Below, piece by piece: positions 59,175 through 64,000 of a stretch of DNA of 64,000 nt. The stretch's first letter is position 1. Each line of letters opens with the position of its first letter. Both the position numbers and the translations under genes were made by a program. The notes under the pieces were generated by a model. It saw nothing but the letters and a program-made list of their open reading frames with translations, did not search any database and was not told the origin of the DNA. The stretch is taken from NCBI GenBank assembly GCA_965207225.1, contig CBDBLV010000005.1, positions 1,120,001-1,184,000 on the forward strand, read 5' to 3'. This DNA is from Dehalococcoidia bacterium (GTDB lineage Bacteria > Chloroflexota > Dehalococcoidia > Plut-88900).

Positions 59175-60419
59175 ATGGATGCAAGCGCAAAGCAGAAAGT
59201 CCTCTCCAAGATCAGGGACCGGGAGGTCGTAGACCTTTGCAGCAACCTGCTGCGGATCCCGAGCTTCAAGACGGAGGAGCAGAAGGTTGCCAGGTACCTG
59301 GCCGGCTACTTCCGGCGCCGGGGGTACGAGGTTGATCTGCAGGAGGTGGAGCCGGGTCGGTACCAGACGATAGCGACGCTTAAGGGGTCGGGCGGGGGGA
59401 AGAGCTTGATGCTGAACGGTCACATAGACATCGACCCCCTGGCCATGGGCTGGGCCCGAGACCCCTGGAGTCCAAGCTGGGAGGGCGACCGGCTCTACGG
59501 GGGCGGCGCTTTCAACATGAAGGGCGGCGTGGCGTCGATGATATCCGCGGCGGAGGCGATACGGAAGTCGGGGGTGGGGTTGAAGGGGGACATCGTGGTG
59601 GCGTGCGTTGTGGGTGAGCTGCAGGGAGGAGTGGGGACGGTGCATGCCTTGGAGAGCGGAGTATCGGCGGACATGGCCATTGTTGCGGAGCCTTTCGGGT
59701 CACGGACCATCATGACCACCCACGCAGGCGTTATAGGGATGGCGATAAACACCCTGGGCTACTCCACGCACATCACGGTGCGGGAGCAGGGAGTCGACGC
59801 CATAGCGAAGATGATGAAGGTGATCGATGCGGTGGACAAGGTCGAACTCAGGCACACGCCCCACCCCGAGCTGCCGGGTCTGCCGCGTATCAACTGCGGG
59901 GCAATCATAGGGGGTCGGGGGAGGGACCAGGACCTAAAGGGGCCCAACTATGTAAGCGATTTCTGCACCTCCATCTGGGACGTGCGGATTGTTCCGGGCC
60001 AGACCGCGGAGACCGTGGAAGAGGATGTTCGTAAAGTTCTCGAGGCTCTTGGCGCCGAGGACCCGGACTTAAGGTGGGAAGTAGAGATTCCACCGCCCGC
60101 CAAGTACAAGGGTGTGGCGGTCACCATGGACCCTGTGGACATCCCGAGGGACGAGTATATAGTCGGGGCGGTGGCGCGGGCGATGGAAGAGCACACAGGT
60201 TCGCCACCGGAGAATATCGGGGCAATTCTTCCCCGTTCATATGCGGGGAACGATACCTGCCACCTCTGGAAAGCGGGCATCCCGTGCGTGCTCAACGGCC
60301 CCGGGGGCGACCGAACCTTCGATGACGTGCCGGACACCTTTGTCTACGTAAGCGAGATGGTCGAGTGTGCGAAGACTCACGCCCTGACCGCACTTGAAGT
60401 CTGCAACCTGTCCGCCTAG
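59175..60419 (+). CDS. M20 family hydrolase, copy 2
   Basis: Colinear paralog of copy 1. Confidence 0.9.
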   Translation: MDASAKQKVLSKIRDREVVDLCSNLLRIPSFKTEEQKVARYLAGYFRRRGYEVDLQEVEPGRYQTIATLKGSGGGKSLMLNGHIDIDPLAMGWARDPWSPSWEGDRLYGGGAFNMKGGVASMISAAEAIRKSGVGLKGDIVVACVVGELQGGVGTVHALESGVSADMAIVAEPFGSRTIMTTHAGVIGMAINTLGYSTHITVREQGVDAIAKMMKVIDAVDKVELRHTPHPELPGLPRINCGAIIGGRGRDQDLKGPNYVSDFCTSIWDVRIVPGQTAETVEEDVRKVLEALGAEDPDLRWEVEIPPPAKYKGVAVTMDPVDIPRDEYIVGAVARAMEEHTGSPPENIGAILPRSYAGNDTCHLWKAGIPCVLNGPGGDRTFDDVPDTFVYVSEMVECAKTHALTALEVCNLSA

Positions 60420-60433
60420 CCGGGAGACTGACA

Positions 60434-61681
60434 ATGGCTACCCAAACACTAGAAAGAGTAACAAACCGGGTGAAGGAGGACTGGCTCGTCTCCTTCGCGA
60501 GGAAGCTGATCGACATACCCAGCTTCAAGACCGAGGAGTCGCAGATCGCCTTGTTTCTCGCATCGAATTTCCGGCGCTGGGGATACGATGTTGACCTGCA
60601 GGAGGTCGATCCCGGGCGATACCAGGTGATAGCGACGCTGAAGGGCTCGGGGGGCGGGAAGACACTGATGCTGAACGGCCATATAGACCAGGACCCGCTA
60701 TCCATGGGCTGGAAACGAGACCCGTGGACCTCCAGCGTAGAAGGCGACCGGCTGTACGGGGCGGGAATCTACAACATGAAGGGCGGGGTAGCGTCGATAG
60801 TTGCGGCGGCGGAGGCGGTGCGTCGGTCAAAGGCGGCTCACAAGGGCGATATCCAGGTTGCCTGTGTGGTGGGAGAGCTGCAGGGGGGAGTCGGGACGGA
60901 GTATGCGCTGGAGCACGGGTACCGGCCCGACATGGCCATAGTCGCAGAGCCCAACGATGCGGATACCGTCCTCACCGTACACGCCGGGTGGCTGGAAATC
61001 GCAATTCACGTCCTGGGCAGGTCGCGGCACATAAGCCAGAAGGAGACGGGGGTCAACGCCATCCAGAAGATGTCAAAGGCCATTGAGGCCATCAACGGGC
61101 TTGAACTCACTCACACCCACTTCCCAGCGCTTCCCTCTCTCCCCCGGCTGCACGTTGGCGCCATAATCGGAGGGCAGGGCAGGAACCACGTTATCAACGG
61201 GCCCAACTTCGTCCCCGACTTCTGCACGGCGTTAGTGGATGGCCGGATGGTGCCGGGGCAGAGCTCAGAGGTGGTACTCGAGGATGTGCGGCGGGCTTTG
61301 GACGGGATCAAGGAGTCGGACCCCGACTTCGAATACGAACTGGAGATGCCACCCGATCCCGAGTACCGCGTCCTCCGCACCATCATGGAGCCGATGAATA
61401 TGTCCGCCGACGAGGAGATAGTGAAAGCGGTGGGTCGGGGGTACAAGGCGGTGACGGGTGGAGAGCTGGCGCACGTCGGCAGCAAGCTGCCGAACTCCTA
61501 CTCGGGGAACGACACTACGCACCTGTGGCAGGCCGGGATCCCCTGCGTCCTATACGGCCCCGGGGGCAACTGGGACGCTGCCGTAGACGAACCCGACCAC
61601 TACATCCGCATCAGCGATATGGTGACCGCAGCCAGGGTAATGGCTGCGACGGCGCTGGACGTTTGCAATCAGGAGGCCTGA
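60434..61681 (+). CDS. M20 family hydrolase, copy 3
   Basis: Colinear paralog of copies 1 and 2. Confidence 0.9.
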   Translation: MATQTLERVTNRVKEDWLVSFARKLIDIPSFKTEESQIALFLASNFRRWGYDVDLQEVDPGRYQVIATLKGSGGGKTLMLNGHIDQDPLSMGWKRDPWTSSVEGDRLYGAGIYNMKGGVASIVAAAEAVRRSKAAHKGDIQVACVVGELQGGVGTEYALEHGYRPDMAIVAEPNDADTVLTVHAGWLEIAIHVLGRSRHISQKETGVNAIQKMSKAIEAINGLELTHTHFPALPSLPRLHVGAIIGGQGRNHVINGPNFVPDFCTALVDGRMVPGQSSEVVLEDVRRALDGIKESDPDFEYELEMPPDPEYRVLRTIMEPMNMSADEEIVKAVGRGYKAVTGGELAHVGSKLPNSYSGNDTTHLWQAGIPCVLYGPGGNWDAAVDEPDHYIRISDMVTAARVMAATALDVCNQEA

Positions 61682-62370
61682 TCGGGCACTTCCAGCTTCT
61701 CCTTGAGCCAGCCGAATAGCAACTCATCAAGCTCTTCACGGCATTCCATCAGGCCGTGGCCCGCGCCTTCGAAGTAGCGGAGTTCCTTGGGCTGCTGGGC
61801 GAGGTCGTAGATGAACTGGGAAGCGCGGGGTGGAAGGATGGCATCGTCGGTGCCATGGACCAGGAGGAGGGGTCGGGGGGCTATGTCGGCCACCCGCTGT
61901 GCACCGGCGCTCTGGCTTGAGAGACCAGCGACGGCAACCACCTTGTCATTGTACGGTGCTGCAGCGATGACTACGGCCCCGCCGAAGGAGTGCCCGACCA
62001 GGGCCACTCTCTCAAAACCGACGCCCGACAACAAGGTAACCCCAGCCAGCGTATCCAGAACGCATTCATAGAGGTCGTTGGGCAAACGGTAGTCGAGGCG
62101 GAGGGAGGCTATGCCTTCGGCGGTCAGTTTTTCGGCAAGGCGTACGTAGATGCCGCCGGCGGGGCCCGTGACGCCTCCCCCGGCTCCCCAGACCCATACG
62201 ACGGCGGCATCCATCGTCTGGGTAGGATGAAAGAGGCTGAAGATGTTGCCCCGGGAAGTGTTGATGAGGGTACCTTGACCGGAGTGGCCTTCCGGGGCTC
62301 GGAAACCCTGGTACCCCTGCACCTGGATTTGTTCGTCGTTGGCGGGTGGAGGGCCAGAGGGGCCAGTCAT
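61669..62370 (-). CDS. Alpha/beta hydrolase
   Basis: GHSFG, HG..D and GH motifs; TGATG coupling to the upstream gene. Confidence 0.88.
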   Translation of the reverse strand: MTGPSGPPPANDEQIQVQGYQGFRAPEGHSGQGTLINTSRGNIFSLFHPTQTMDAAVVWVWGAGGGVTGPAGGIYVRLAEKLTAEGIASLRLDYRLPNDLYECVLDTLAGVTLLSGVGFERVALVGHSFGGAVVIAAAPYNDKVVAVAGLSSQSAGAQRVADIAPRPLLLVHGTDDAILPPRASQFIYDLAQQPKELRYFEGAGHGLMECREELDELLFGWLKEKLEVPDQAS

Positions 62371-63887
62371 CAGGATATGACCAGGTCCCTGGCCTGCACT
62401 ATCGACCACAGTTTGGCCTCCGCCGTTTTAGCAGAGGCAACGGGGTTGTCGGCGAAGGTGGCGAAACCGCAGTCGGGGGTGAGGAGAAGGCGCTCCTTGC
62501 CAAAGAGGTCTACGCCCAGATCTACGCTTTCGCGGATGGCGTAGGGGGTTTCTACGGCGTCGAGCTTCTGGTTAACGACGCCGATGCCGATGCGCTTGTC
62601 CTCGGGCAGCATGCCCAGCACCGAGGCCTCTCCTGCCCGAGGAGTGGACAGTTCAAAGAAGAGTGTCCCGACGTTTGCGCTCTTGAGCAGGTCCAACAAA
62701 GGCCTGTAGTCTCCTGAGAGTGCCGCCGACTCGTCACGGGTCCAGTTACCGCGGCAGATGTGGAGGCCCAGGCGGTCGGTGGGGAGGTCGCAGACAACCT
62801 CGTTAAGGAGGTTGGTTGCGAAGTCCAGTTCGGCGTCGGGAGGGAGCTTTTCGCTCAGGGCGCCGCACATGAATGTCCGGTTACCGGTTGCGTTGCCGAA
62901 CACGACCTCGGTGAGAACGGGTTCATCGAACTGGACGAGGGCTGCGCCGGAGGCGAGGAGGAAGTGAATCTCTTCGCGGAGGACTCGAACTACGTCCTGG
63001 GCGAGGTCTTCACGGGTCTGGTATGGGAGGTCGGTGAGGCAGTCGAGCCACATGGTGCGGGTGAGGAGGTAGGGGCCAGGGAGGGCAATCTTGATGGGCT
63101 TCTCAGTGCACTCCCGAGCAAATTTCAGTTCGTGGAGGGCGAGGGGACGGCTTCTACCCAGCTTTCCGTAGACTACGGGGTGTCGGACCTCGCCAGCGGG
63201 GACATCCAGGGCTCGAAGCTCTTTTTCGAACTTCTCCGGGTCGTCGACCATTGCGGTCAGGTCGGTCAATGGAATCAGCTGGCAGTTGTCGAGGAGGCCC
63301 CCGACAAAGCTGGCGTAACTGTCCCGTCGCTGTTCGCCGTCAGTCACCACATCAACGCCGGCCCGGACCTGGGCGTCGATTGAAAGTCGGACCGCGTCGT
63401 CGGCGGTGGCCTGGAAGTCTTCCTCGTCGAGCCGACCCTCAAGCCGGTCGTGGATTGCCTGGAGCATCCAGCGGGGGCGCGGCCAGCTGCCGATACCCAT
63501 GACGGACAAAGGGGCAATCTTCGGGGCGGGGGCGGGTGGGGGGAGGTGGTCGGGTATAGATACCTCCACTCGGAGCTGTTCCCCTATGGAGGGAACGGGC
63601 TGAACCGGGGCTGCGGCCCGGCTTCTCGATAATGGGCCCTTGCTCACCAGGAAGCTGCGCTGGCCGTTGACCCTGGTCCAGGAGACCATTTCGTTGCTGG
63701 TCATCCGGCACCAGGCGGGCAGCTCCACTTCGACTGTGGAGTCGGTGGAGAGGATTTCGAGCAAACCGCCGCGTTCCATGGGGTCGATGTGGCGGCGAAT
63801 CAGGAGCAGGAGCCCGCTGCCGCAGTCCAGGTCTCCGCCGTCGAAGCTGACGTCCGGGGTGTAGGGATGGCGGTCTACGGGGTCCAT
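62370..63887 (-). CDS. TusA/SirA-like domain fused to a single-barrel MetE-like (Meth_synt_2) domain
   Basis: N-terminal D.GDLDCG...LEILSTD...LPAWC; C-terminal GSWPRP, DGEQRR, QFDEP, HICRGN, E and PDCG zinc ligands. Confidence 0.88.
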   Translation of the reverse strand: MDPVDRHPYTPDVSFDGGDLDCGSGLLLLIRRHIDPMERGGLLEILSTDSTVEVELPAWCRMTSNEMVSWTRVNGQRSFLVSKGPLSRSRAAAPVQPVPSIGEQLRVEVSIPDHLPPPAPAPKIAPLSVMGIGSWPRPRWMLQAIHDRLEGRLDEEDFQATADDAVRLSIDAQVRAGVDVVTDGEQRRDSYASFVGGLLDNCQLIPLTDLTAMVDDPEKFEKELRALDVPAGEVRHPVVYGKLGRSRPLALHELKFARECTEKPIKIALPGPYLLTRTMWLDCLTDLPYQTREDLAQDVVRVLREEIHFLLASGAALVQFDEPVLTEVVFGNATGNRTFMCGALSEKLPPDAELDFATNLLNEVVCDLPTDRLGLHICRGNWTRDESAALSGDYRPLLDLLKSANVGTLFFELSTPRAGEASVLGMLPEDKRIGIGVVNQKLDAVETPYAIRESVDLGVDLFGKERLLLTPDCGFATFADNPVASAKTAEAKLWSIVQARDLVIS

Positions 63888-63908
63888 GAAGGGCTCATCT
63901 GCGGCTTA

Positions 63909-64000
63909 TCAGTACGAGACGCAGGGGCTGCCGTCGGAGAGAAACTCCACCAGCTTTGCTCCACCGACTATGGTCGCACCGTCAACGAGGGAGTTCTCGT
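63909..64000 (-). CDS. C-terminus of a probable DsrE-family protein (partial)
   Basis: ENSLVDGATIVGGAKLVEFLSDGSPCVSY* resembles DsrE C-termini; only 29 residues visible. Confidence 0.55.
   Translation of the reverse strand, partial: ENSLVDGATIVGGAKLVEFLSDGSPCVSY

Noticed and set aside
62370-63887. Canonical metE
   Set aside because: It lacks the N-terminal barrel of full-length MetE and has a TusA-like domain instead.

Overview
High-GC bacterial chromosome segment. The gene set and paralog expansions suggest Chloroflexota, Dehalococcoidia/SAR202-like (inference only). Core content: a PyrR-attenuated pyr operon (pyrR, extended pyrB, carA, carB, pyrK), the glycine cleavage genes, tupABC with a divergent regulator, pyrF, hflKC and sfsA. 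Accessory content: an intact IS21 that splits a RidA gene, three toxin-antitoxin pairs, solitary lower-GC HNH, KAP and Kelch genes, and several palindromic repeat families. Most notable: (1) three tandem genes each encoding two fused ectoine-synthase (EctC)-like domains with no ectA/ectB in the window, near a ureohydrolase, an amidohydrolase and three M20 hydrolases with a remodelled metal site, which may form an undescribed cyclic amidine/ectoine-type pathway; (2) two tandem BCP/PrxQ peroxiredoxin genes missed by the ORF track because each has an in-frame UGA at the catalytic codon followed by the same hairpin (probable selenoproteins); (3) a TusA-MetE-like fusion downstream of a DsrE-like gene; (4) PyrB fused to a PyrI zinc domain and an Ada-like tail; (5) a TA cassette flanked by a duplicated gcvT 3' end; (6) a repeat whose long hairpin is conserved in structure but not in sequence. 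All calls come from reading motifs by eye; no database searches were run.
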